DNA of 64,000 nucleotides, taken from Roseibacillus sp. (GTDB lineage Bacteria > Verrucomicrobiota > Verrucomicrobiia > Verrucomicrobiales > Akkermansiaceae). Positions within the stretch are counted from its first letter, which is position 1; the number at the start of each line of letters is the position of its first letter. The notes below the pieces were generated by a model. That model was given only the letters and a program-made list of their open reading frames with translations, ran no database searches and was not told the origin of the DNA. Shown here piece after piece: positions 46,784 to 55,106 of the stretch. The stretch spans positions 544,001-608,000 of the forward strand of contig JBPOGI010000002.1 in NCBI GenBank assembly GCA_051251855.1, written 5' to 3'. The position numbers were made by a program, and so were the translations under genes.

Positions 46784-47443
46784 ATGATCGACCCGACCCC
46801 CGCCAAAAGCGCAAACGAGCCGACCGGAGCAAGTCTCATTCTTCCCTCTACCGCGAACGTCACACCCCGCCGACGTTTTCTCGCGACTGCTGGTATCGTT
46901 ACCGGTAGCCTCGCAATGAGTGTTCAGAACTCCAACGCGTTTTTCTTTTTCGGGGGCAGCAAGGCAGACTTTAATACTGATGACTTACCTCAGGAATGGG
47001 TTCAGCAGCAGGGTAAAGAGTTACAAGGTTACGCCCGTCATATCGCCAAGCACCGTTTGGAGAAACTGACAGTTCAACAGGTTATCAAGGCCCACGCCCG
47101 CCAGAAGGGGACGGTTTGGAACAATATTCCGCCTCGTTCGATGTGGGACAGCATGATTCCTACTCTCCAAGCTGCAGACAAAGTCGCAGTTGCGCTCGGC
47201 TCCGATCTTAAGGAGGTGACTTCAGCTTATCGTTGTCCCGCCTACAATGCCCGTTGTCCTGGTGCCAAGCCACGTTCTTACCATCAGCAAAATGTGGCGT
47301 TGGACTTGATGTTCAATACCTCCCAGTCTCGGGTCGCTCGTGTTGCCCGCGAATTGAGAAATAACGGTCTCTTTAAAGGTGGAGTGGGACGCTACAGTCT
47401 CTTCACCCACATCGACACCCGCGGATATAACGCGGATTGGTAG
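46784..47443 (+). CDS. Tat-exported peptidase M15A (YcbK/MepK-like)
   Basis: RRRFL Tat motif; SAYRCPAYN...SYHQQNVALD, FTHIDTRG. Confidence 0.85.
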   Translation: MIDPTPAKSANEPTGASLILPSTANVTPRRRFLATAGIVTGSLAMSVQNSNAFFFFGGSKADFNTDDLPQEWVQQQGKELQGYARHIAKHRLEKLTVQQVIKAHARQKGTVWNNIPPRSMWDSMIPTLQAADKVAVALGSDLKEVTSAYRCPAYNARCPGAKPRSYHQQNVALDLMFNTSQSRVARVARELRNNGLFKGGVGRYSLFTHIDTRGYNADW

Positions 47444-47494
47444 TGCAAAGCTTGCAAGATTGATTTCCTCCGGTCTTTTTCGCAAAGTTGACCG

Positions 47495-47965
47495 ATGCAG
47501 GTCAAGAAGAGGCAAAAGAAGGTGTTCTTGTTTGGCTCGGGTGCCTTTTTGTTGCTTGTCATCATTTTTGTCCTAGCGACTGATTCGGACCCTGCAAGGA
47601 GGGTGATGAGAGAACAAGGAGTGCCGGTTCCAAAAAGTGCATCGAAAATCGTATGCGGTGGGGATGCTGCTGCCTGGAAACGAGTTTTTGGTTTTCCCGA
47701 TTGTGGTGCTATTGCCACCTTAGAGATGCCAGCTTCAGACCTTAGTGGCTTGCTGAGTGCATTGACGGTTCTCAAAACTTCGGCGGGAGTGGGTGATACC
47801 GTGGTTCCGGTGAATCCACAGTATGCCGTTGCCGCTTCATGGGCAGCGACTTCCCCGGATACTTCCTATCATTGTAGTTCCCCCAAAGGGGATTTTCTGA
47901 CGGTGAGGATGTGGAGCATTTCGGCCACCCAAGTGGGTGTTCTTCTGTATACGGACTGGAATTGA
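47495..47965 (+). CDS. Hypothetical membrane-anchored protein
   Basis: Basic N-terminus plus a TM helix; no recognised family. Confidence 0.6.
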   Translation: MQVKKRQKKVFLFGSGAFLLLVIIFVLATDSDPARRVMREQGVPVPKSASKIVCGGDAAAWKRVFGFPDCGAIATLEMPASDLSGLLSALTVLKTSAGVGDTVVPVNPQYAVAASWAATSPDTSYHCSSPKGDFLTVRMWSISATQVGVLLYTDWN

Positions 47966-48073
47966 GATGGGGCCAGCGATTGCAGGCGGCTGAAAACGAG
48001 AGGGATGGGTGGAAGGTCCAAGGACGATTGTGTTTGGCTTTTCGGATGGGGTTCTTATCAATGGGTGTAGCGC

Positions 48074-48457
48074 GTGAGTGGCAGCTTGATGACGGTGGAA
48101 GACTTTATAAAGCGATATGAGAAGGCTCTTGCGACGCAGAAATGGGAGAACGTCTCACCCTTGATTCACGAGAAGTGTGTGGTCACGTTTTCCAATGGAA
48201 ACCGGTATTATGGTAAGGAACAGATCGAGCAGGCTTTCCAAAAAAACTTTGACCTTATTAAGGGCGAGAGTTTTTCGATTTCAGAATTGAGCCAGGGGGT
48301 GAGCACTGAGCACTTTGCGGTCTGCACCTACAGTTATGAGTGGTCTGGAGAAATTGCGGGAGAGATGATTTCGGGGACTGGACTTGGTACTTCGGTGTTG
48401 ATGCGAGTTGATTCTGGTTGGCAGTTCGTTTCGGAGCACTTGGGCTCGAAGGGATGA
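48074..48457 (+). CDS. NTF2-like (DUF4440/SnoaL) protein
   Basis: FIKRYEKAL...YGKEQIEQAF...GTSVL...WQFVSEHLG. Confidence 0.75.
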   Translation: MSGSLMTVEDFIKRYEKALATQKWENVSPLIHEKCVVTFSNGNRYYGKEQIEQAFQKNFDLIKGESFSISELSQGVSTEHFAVCTYSYEWSGEIAGEMISGTGLGTSVLMRVDSGWQFVSEHLGSKG

Positions 48458-48544
48458 TGAGAAAGGGCTGTTGATTGTGATGCGACCGTGGGTTGCTTTG
48501 AGCGGGGAACTGTGAAGAATGTGGGAGTTCTGACGAACTGAATT

Positions 48545-49174
48545 ATGAAATCCTTACCAAGATTCCTTGCCGGGGCTGCTTTGGCGGCTAGTGCCTTATT
48601 TCTCGCTTCCTGCGGTAATACAACTCCCACCTCTAACACACCTGGGTCTTCCTTTTCTTTTACTCCCAAGGTGACTCAGCCCACAAACCGTTCTGCGGTT
48701 CGGGTTGCAATTAGCACGAGCGCTAATCGTCTTTACGTTGTTGAAGGTGATAAAGTTCTCATGGTGACTCCTGCCGGAATTGGTAAATCTTCCTCTCCGA
48801 CTCCAAAAGGAACGCATCGTATTACCTCCAAGACCAAGAATCGTCGTCGTCAAGGTCAACCTGGTCGCGGTTACCCGATGACTTATTGGATGTCCTTCTA
48901 CAGCCCTGCGTATGGAATGCACTGGGGCTTCGTTAAGCCTTACCCTTGCACAGCCGGTTGTGTTCGCCTGCCTTTGAAATCTGCCAAGGCGGTATTTGAT
49001 ATGGTTCAGGTTGGAACCAAAGTGAATGTGGCGACCAGCCAGCCTTGGGATTCTACTCTTGGGAAGTCTGTCCCTAACGTGGACGATACTCCTCTTCCCA
49101 ATCCTCCCAATTCTTATATGCAAAGTCAGAAGGTCTTTGATGATGCCGAGCAGGGCAAGATGTGGACCTTCTAA
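48545..49174 (+). CDS. L,D-transpeptidase family lipoprotein (YkuD)
   Basis: Lipobox LASC; TPKG, YPMTYWM, YGMHWG...AGCVRL. Confidence 0.85.
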   Translation: MKSLPRFLAGAALAASALFLASCGNTTPTSNTPGSSFSFTPKVTQPTNRSAVRVAISTSANRLYVVEGDKVLMVTPAGIGKSSSPTPKGTHRITSKTKNRRRQGQPGRGYPMTYWMSFYSPAYGMHWGFVKPYPCTAGCVRLPLKSAKAVFDMVQVGTKVNVATSQPWDSTLGKSVPNVDDTPLPNPPNSYMQSQKVFDDAEQGKMWTF

Positions 49175-49200
49175 GGTTCTCGTTGCAAACCACTTCAATC

Positions 49201-49230
49201 AAAAGGCGGGCCGAATGGTCCGTCTTTTTT
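49201..49230 (+). terminator. Intrinsic terminator
   Basis: aaaaggcgggcc-gaat-ggtccgtc-tttttt. Confidence 0.75.
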
Positions 49231-49290
49231 GTGTCCAGCCAACTGGATTGGCGGTCGTGTTTTCGGTTTTCTCATTTAGTATCCACCTCA

Positions 49291-50544
49291 ATGTTGCAGA
49301 AGCAGAAATCGTCGAAGACGAGCGTAAGTGAGCGACGCAATGGTCGATTCCTGATCTTGACTCAAATCATCAGCAAGCTGGGGGATATCTTAAGTAACCC
49401 AAAGACGGTGTTGACTTGGTTGATGGGGGTGGTGGGAGCACCGCCGGTATTGACCTCGTTCTTGGTTCCGATTCGAGAGTCGGGATCGATGTTGCCGCAG
49501 TTGTTTATCTCAGGACTGGTTAAGCGGGTGCCACAGCGCAAGTGGGTGTTCGCTGCGGGAGGAGTGGGCCAGGCGATGAGCGTGATGGCGATGGGATTAT
49601 CGGCGCTTTTCTTGGAAGGAGTGCTGGCGGGTTGGGCTATTGTGTTGAGTTTGGTTGTTTTCTCGCTCGCACGTTGTCTGAGTTCAATTGCCTCCAAAGA
49701 AGTGTTAGGGAAGACGATTGCCAAGGGAAGGCGAGGTCGTATCTCAGGGATTGCCGGTTCGGTGTCGGGTTTGTTTGCGCTCAGTGGGGCTTTGTTTGTT
49801 CTGCTAGGTCTGGAAAGGGATGCGGGGAAGGCGGCTTACGGATGGTTTCTCGTGGGAGGCGCTGGACTCTTTCTCGTGGCGGCTTTTGTGATGACGCTTG
49901 TTCAGGAAGAGCGTTCCGAGGTGATAGAGGCCGATTTCGGAGGGGATCTTAAGAAACGGTTAGGATTGGTCTGGAGCGATCGTGTACTCCGCCATTTCGT
50001 GCTAGCGAGGACGTTTCTGTTAGGCTCTGCTTTGGCGTCTCCCTATTTGGTAGTTCTTTCGCAACAGCAGGGGTTCGACCTGCGTTCTTTAGCTGGATTC
50101 GTTCTGGCGGGAGGGCTCGCTTCGGCGGTGAGCTCAATTCTTTGGGGGAGGTTGAGTGATCGTTCGAGCCGCATAGCAATGATGATGGGAGGGGGGATTG
50201 CGGCGGGAGTCGGTTTGACGGGGGTCGTCATCGTGGGAGGAGCAGGAACTTTGGCTCGTGAGATTTGGATTTGGCCGCTGCTATTTTTCTTAATAAACTT
50301 GGGGTATGCGGGGGTAAGGATTGGCCGCAAAACCTATGTCGTGGATGTGAGCGGGGACGAAAACCGGATCGACTATGTGTCGGCGAGTAATACCTTGATC
50401 GCGCTGATGCTTCTTGCTCTGGGCGGAGTGGGGGCCGCTATTCAGTCAGTAGGAACAGTGTGGGCTTTGGCGTTCTTCTCGGTGTTGTCTTTACTGGGAA
50501 GCGTGCTGGCGTTGGGCCTAAAAAAGGTGAAGGCTGGGGAATAA
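49291..50544 (+). CDS. MFS transporter
   Basis: About 12 TM segments; LVPIRESGSMLPQL, KTIAKGRRG, WGRLSDRSSR, GRKTYVVD. Confidence 0.85.
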   Translation: MLQKQKSSKTSVSERRNGRFLILTQIISKLGDILSNPKTVLTWLMGVVGAPPVLTSFLVPIRESGSMLPQLFISGLVKRVPQRKWVFAAGGVGQAMSVMAMGLSALFLEGVLAGWAIVLSLVVFSLARCLSSIASKEVLGKTIAKGRRGRISGIAGSVSGLFALSGALFVLLGLERDAGKAAYGWFLVGGAGLFLVAAFVMTLVQEERSEVIEADFGGDLKKRLGLVWSDRVLRHFVLARTFLLGSALASPYLVVLSQQQGFDLRSLAGFVLAGGLASAVSSILWGRLSDRSSRIAMMMGGGIAAGVGLTGVVIVGGAGTLAREIWIWPLLFFLINLGYAGVRIGRKTYVVDVSGDENRIDYVSASNTLIALMLLALGGVGAAIQSVGTVWALAFFSVLSLLGSVLALGLKKVKAGE

Positions 50545-50577
50545 AAAAGCCCTTCGAGGTTTTCACCAAGAAGGGCT
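50543..50577 (-). terminator. Terminator of pdhC (between convergent genes)
   Basis: aaaaaagcccttc...gaagggct. Confidence 0.7.
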
Positions 50578-50600
50578 GAGAGTGGGTTTCAAGGCTGGGC

Positions 50601-51884
50601 TTAGACCAGCATGAGGGCGGGGTTCTCGATAAGCTTCTTAATCTCAGCGAGGAACTGGGCGCCGACGGCTCCATCGACGACGCGGTGGTCGCAGGAGAGT
50701 CCGAGGTTGAGGCGAAGACCTGGCTTGATTTCGTCGCCAACGACTACGGGCTTCTTGACGATGTTGCCCACCGATAGGATAGCGGCTTGAGGAGGGTTCA
50801 CGATAGCATCAAAGGAATCGACCCCGTAGGCTCCAAGGTTGGAGATAGTGACGGTGCCACCATCGAACTCGTTGGGGCGAAGCTTACCCTCGCGGGAGCG
50901 AGCGGCGATTTCTTTGATCTCTCTGGAAATCTGAAGCAGGGACTTGGTCTCAGCATTTTTGACGACAGGAGTTACCAAGCCATCGTCGACGGCGACTGCG
51001 ACGGAGATTCCGACAGAAGCATATTGAATGATGTGGTCGCCGGCGAAAGAGGCGTTGACCTCAGGGACGGCAACGGAGGCATTGATGAGTGCCTTAACGA
51101 TGAAGTCGTTGATGGTGTATTTGTTGCCCGTGGTTTGCTCGGCCTGCTCGTTGATCTGCTTGCGCAAGTTCATGAGGGGGGCGGCATCGACTTCCACGTG
51201 GAGGTAGAAGTGAGGGATGGTCTGCTTGGAGGTGAGGAGGCGTTCCGCAATGATTTTGCGCATGCTGGAAAGCTCGATGCGCTGGTCTTCGCCGGACGCG
51301 ACAGGATTGATAGCCTGGCGGGCTGGGGCAGATTTGGCTGCAGGAGAGGCTGCCGCAGGCTTACTGGCGGCGGCTGATGAACCTGAGGAAGCTCCTTCGA
51401 CATCTTTCTTGGTGATGCGACCCCCGGGGCCTGAGCCGGTGACGGTGGCGAGGTCGACTCCGGATTCTTCCGCAATCTTGCGGGCGAGAGGAGAGACTCG
51501 TAAGCGGGAGCCGTCGGCAGATTGGACGGGAGCGGCAGCTGGTTTGGCAGCGCTTGCGGCTGGTGCGGGGGTGGCAGATGCGGCTTCTTGTTGAGCCGGC
51601 GCAGAAGCGGGCTTGCTCTCGGGGCTTGCGGCAGGGGCTTCTCCGCCCTCATCTCCGAGAATACCAATCACGGTTCCGACGGCAGCCTTTTCGCCTTCGC
51701 CGACGATGATTTTGGTCAAAATGCCTTCGTCGAACACTTCCATTGCCATGGTGGCTTTGTCGGTCTCGATTTCAGCAATTTCATCGCCGATTTCGACGGT
51801 GTCGCCTTCTTGCTTGAGCCAGCGGAGGATGGTGCCTTCCTCCATGGTGTCGGAGAGCTTGGGCATTTCGAGTTCTGAGGCCAT
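50601..51884 (-). CDS. pdhC: Pyruvate dehydrogenase E2, dihydrolipoamide acetyltransferase
   Basis: MPKLSDTMEEG, lipoyl IETDKAT, SPLARKIA, TIPHFYL, CDHRVVDG. Confidence 0.92.
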   Translation of the reverse strand: MASELEMPKLSDTMEEGTILRWLKQEGDTVEIGDEIAEIETDKATMAMEVFDEGILTKIIVGEGEKAAVGTVIGILGDEGGEAPAASPESKPASAPAQQEAASATPAPAASAAKPAAAPVQSADGSRLRVSPLARKIAEESGVDLATVTGSGPGGRITKKDVEGASSGSSAAASKPAAASPAAKSAPARQAINPVASGEDQRIELSSMRKIIAERLLTSKQTIPHFYLHVEVDAAPLMNLRKQINEQAEQTTGNKYTINDFIVKALINASVAVPEVNASFAGDHIIQYASVGISVAVAVDDGLVTPVVKNAETKSLLQISREIKEIAARSREGKLRPNEFDGGTVTISNLGAYGVDSFDAIVNPPQAAILSVGNIVKKPVVVGDEIKPGLRLNLGLSCDHRVVDGAVGAQFLAEIKKLIENPALMLV

Positions 51885-51982
51885 ATGTAAAGATGTGAGA
51901 GGTTGTGGTTAGGGTGCCTTGCGCGCAGCACCTGTAGCAGTGCTTTAGGGAAGAGTCCAGAATCCTGCGACGAGAATCCAGA

Positions 51983-52723
51983 CTAGAAATTGCGAAATTG
52001 GGCCATCGTGGCCTCAATTGCTGCTAAATGGGCGTTTACGCGGGTTTCGAGAGGGGCAGCATGGGTCGGGGTTTCGAAAGTGAGGGAGAGGGAGCAGCCT
52101 TTTTGGGAAAGAAAGAGCGCTTCGGGGTAGCCGCCTTCTTCGGTGGTGAATTCGGTGAGATCAGGCAGCTCTTCTTTGAAGAACCAGCCATCTCCCGTGC
52201 TTTCGCGGCCATCGATGAGGGGGCCAGGCTCGATAGGGAGGTGGGCGGAGACTTTTTCGAAAATGGCGGGGTGGATGGTGGGTCGGCCTGCGAGCTGGAT
52301 TTCGTAGAAATAGAATCCGGTGGCGTCGTAGTCTTCGTGGAGGGAAATGAAGAGGTCGGGGGTGGGTTGTTGCGCAAGCCAAGCGAGGTGTGCTTGGATT
52401 TCGGGGGAGCGGGGGTGGTGATAGTCGCGATTCAGGTCAAGGCCCTCCGCGTTTTCGCGAGTGCCCAGAGCAATGCCGGTGGGATTGAGGAGGGGGGTGA
52501 CCAACCAGTTGAAGTCGGATGAGGGGCTGTTCTCAAGAAATGCGAGGGCCGCGAGAGGGCCTGCGGGCTCGTCGCCGTGAATTCCAGAGGAGAGGAGAAC
52601 GGTGGGGCCGTTGGAGGGGCGGGTGTAAGCAGGGATCTCGGGAGTGATTTCCTGCGAGGAAAATCCCTGTTGAGCGGCGGTTGTGTTGAACCGGGAGAGA
52701 AGTTCTTTCGGGTCAAGAGGCAT
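51983..52723 (-). CDS. M14 family zinc carboxypeptidase/amidase-like protein
   Basis: GIHGDEPAG, NPTG...TRENAEGLDLNRDY, SLHED, TFETP. Confidence 0.82.
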   Translation of the reverse strand: MPLDPKELLSRFNTTAAQQGFSSQEITPEIPAYTRPSNGPTVLLSSGIHGDEPAGPLAALAFLENSPSSDFNWLVTPLLNPTGIALGTRENAEGLDLNRDYHHPRSPEIQAHLAWLAQQPTPDLFISLHEDYDATGFYFYEIQLAGRPTIHPAIFEKVSAHLPIEPGPLIDGRESTGDGWFFKEELPDLTEFTTEEGGYPEALFLSQKGCSLSLTFETPTHAAPLETRVNAHLAAIEATMAQFRNF

Positions 52724-52760
52724 GGGGCGTGAGGTGGCGTCTGAGTGCCGTTCCTTTCTT

Positions 52761-53861
52761 TTACCAACTGAATTTGTGCACCATCGTGTGCAAGTAAGTT
52801 TCGCCGGGGTGGAGAATACAGTTTGGGGACTGAGGATTGTTCGGCCCGTCGGGGAAGGTTTCAGTTTCTAAGCAGAAAGCAGAGCGGCGTTGGTAAGGAA
52901 CGCCACCTTTGCCCGGAGTCACCCCATCAAGATAATTAGCGCCATAGAATTGAACTGCGGGCTGATTCGTCGAGAGCTCCAAAGAACGTCCGGTAACTGG
53001 GTCGGTCGCTTTCGCGGCGATGCGTAATCCTTCTCCGTTGATGACCCAGGCGTGATCGTAGCCATTTCCTTGGATGAGGGAGGGGTAGTCTTCTTCGACC
53101 CGAAGGCCCATCGCAGTCGGCGTTCGAAAGTCCATGGGAGTTCCGGCTACGGGCTTGCGTTCGCCGGTGGGAATCATCCCCTCATCGGTGGCGAGGTAGT
53201 TGTCAGCATTGAGAGTGAGGAGGTGGTCGCTAATGGGGGTGGTGGGGTCCCCCGAGAGGTTCCAGTAGCTGTGATGGATGATGTTGATGGGGGTTGCGCG
53301 GGTGGTGGTGGCTTCGGCTTTCCAAGTGAGTTCATTGGACTCGTTGAGGGTATAAGTCACGGTCACACTGAGGTCGCCAGGATAGCCTTCTTCGCCGTCT
53401 ACGGAGAGGTAAGTGAGTGCGACCCCGTTGGGGATGATTTTGCTTTTCCAAAGTTTGTGGCTGAATCCTTCGAGTCCGCCGTGCAAATGACAGGGGATTC
53501 CCGCGGGATCATTGTTGGTGGCGAGGTCGTATTTCATTCCCTCCAAAGTGAAGGAGCCCTTCGCAATGCGGTTGCCAAAGCGGCCGACGGTGGCTCCAAA
53601 GTAAGGGTCGTTGTCCTCCCAGCCCGCAAGATCGTCGAATCCGTGAGTGAGGTCTTTGACTTGGCCCTCGCGGTCGGGGACAAAAACGTTGGTGAGCAGG
53701 GCCCCGAATTCGGAGACTTTCGCGATGATACCGTTTTGATTGGTGAGGGTGAAAAGTCTCGCCTCGCGACCGTCTTTTAGTTTCCCAAAGGTCTCCGCTG
53801 TGACCTGACAGCCTGTGCCTTGAGAGGCGTCTTTGTCATTGGGAGCATCGGCGGTTAACAT
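52761..53861 (-). CDS. galM: Aldose 1-epimerase (mutarotase)
   Basis: YFGATVGRFGNRI, HLHGG, DGEEGYPG, HSYWNL, GYDH, CLETE. Confidence 0.92.
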   Translation of the reverse strand: MLTADAPNDKDASQGTGCQVTAETFGKLKDGREARLFTLTNQNGIIAKVSEFGALLTNVFVPDREGQVKDLTHGFDDLAGWEDNDPYFGATVGRFGNRIAKGSFTLEGMKYDLATNNDPAGIPCHLHGGLEGFSHKLWKSKIIPNGVALTYLSVDGEEGYPGDLSVTVTYTLNESNELTWKAEATTTRATPINIIHHSYWNLSGDPTTPISDHLLTLNADNYLATDEGMIPTGERKPVAGTPMDFRTPTAMGLRVEEDYPSLIQGNGYDHAWVINGEGLRIAAKATDPVTGRSLELSTNQPAVQFYGANYLDGVTPGKGGVPYQRRSAFCLETETFPDGPNNPQSPNCILHPGETYLHTMVHKFSW

Positions 53862-53984
53862 ACTTGTGAGAATAGACCGGAGGCGTTTGAGGGCACAACC
53901 TCAGAATTTCTACCGGCTTGGGGGAGTCTCAGAAAAGGTGCGCTGAATTCTTGAACGGTAAGGCGAGGCGACTAGGTTTTCCGC

Positions 53985-55037
53985 ATGCCGATTGATGTCG
54001 AATTGCTAGCAAAGATTTGTGAGGTCCCCGGAGCACCAGGATTTGAGAAGCCGATTAGGGATCTTGTTTTGGAGGAGATTGAAGGGCTGGCCGATGAAGT
54101 GCGAGTGGACGCGATGGGGAATGTGGTGGCGCTGAAGAAAGGAGCTTCTGCTGACCAAAAGGCGATGGCGGCGGCGCACATGGACGAGATTGGTTTCATC
54201 GTGACCCATATTGATGAGAAGGGGTTCATTCGGTTCAATCCGCTGGGTGGATTCGATCCCAAGACGCTCTCAGCACAGAGGGTCATCGTCCACGGTCGGG
54301 AAGATGTGGTGGGTGTGATGGGCTCGAAGCCGATTCACATCATGTCACCAGAGGAGCGGAACAGGAATGTGAAGCTACAGGACTTTTTCATTGATACCGG
54401 GATGCCGAAATCTCAAGTGTCGAAGTTAGTGGAAGTGGGGGACTCGATCACCCGCGAACGCAAGTTGATTGAGATGGGAGAGTGTGTGAACGTGAAGTCG
54501 CTGGATAACAGGGTTTCGGTTTTTCTACTGATAGAGACTCTCAAGGTGTTGAAGGATAAGAAGCCGACGTATGATTTCTATGCCGTCTTTACGGTTCAGG
54601 AAGAGGTAGGGATTCGAGGAGCGAATGTTTCGGCGCTAGAGATTCAGCCTGATTTTGGTTTTGGGTTGGATACCACGATTGCTTACGACGTTCCTGGTTC
54701 AAAGCCGCAGGAGCGTTGCACTGAGTTAGGCAAGGGAGTGGGAATCAAGATTATGGATAGTTCCACCATCTGTGATCGGCGCATGGTGAGCTACCTGAAA
54801 GATTTGGCAGAGAAAGAAGAGATTACTTGGCAGCCTGAGATTTTGGCGGCGGGCGGAACGGATACGGCAGGTCTTCAAAGAATGAGTCCCGGAGGTTCGA
54901 TCGCAGGGGCAATTTCGATTCCGACGCGGCATATTCATCAAGTGATCGAGATGAGCCACAAGAAGGATATTCAAGGTGGAATTGACCTCTTGGCTGCAGC
55001 GGTTTGCAATCTCGATAGCTGGGATTGGACTCCATGA
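53985..55037 (+). CDS. M42 family metallo-aminopeptidase
   Basis: GAPGFE, AHMDEIG, KSLDNR, TVQEEVG, GGTD, IPTRHIH. Confidence 0.92.
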   Translation: MPIDVELLAKICEVPGAPGFEKPIRDLVLEEIEGLADEVRVDAMGNVVALKKGASADQKAMAAAHMDEIGFIVTHIDEKGFIRFNPLGGFDPKTLSAQRVIVHGREDVVGVMGSKPIHIMSPEERNRNVKLQDFFIDTGMPKSQVSKLVEVGDSITRERKLIEMGECVNVKSLDNRVSVFLLIETLKVLKDKKPTYDFYAVFTVQEEVGIRGANVSALEIQPDFGFGLDTTIAYDVPGSKPQERCTELGKGVGIKIMDSSTICDRRMVSYLKDLAEKEEITWQPEILAAGGTDTAGLQRMSPGGSIAGAISIPTRHIHQVIEMSHKKDIQGGIDLLAAAVCNLDSWDWTP

Positions 55038-55041
55038 AAAG

Positions 55042-55102
55042 GGAGCGAGGACATTGCTGTCCTTGGGTAAAATAGTCAGGGACAGGAATGTCCCTGCTCC
55101 AT
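55042..55102. repeat. GGAG-type REP inverted doublet between convergent genes
   Basis: ggagcgaggacattgctgtccttg ... gtcagggacaggaatgtccctgctccat. Confidence 0.8.
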
Positions 55103-55106
55103 CTAC

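Noticed and set aside
45331..46863. 510-aa alternative-frame ORF overlapping the NhaC-family gene
   Set aside because: Low-complexity R/P/S/H translation of a C-rich strand; the NhaC frame has clear family motifs.
4606..55106. CRISPR array interpretation of the intergenic repeats
   Set aside because: Repeats are dispersed or inverted doublets without regular unique spacers; no cas genes.
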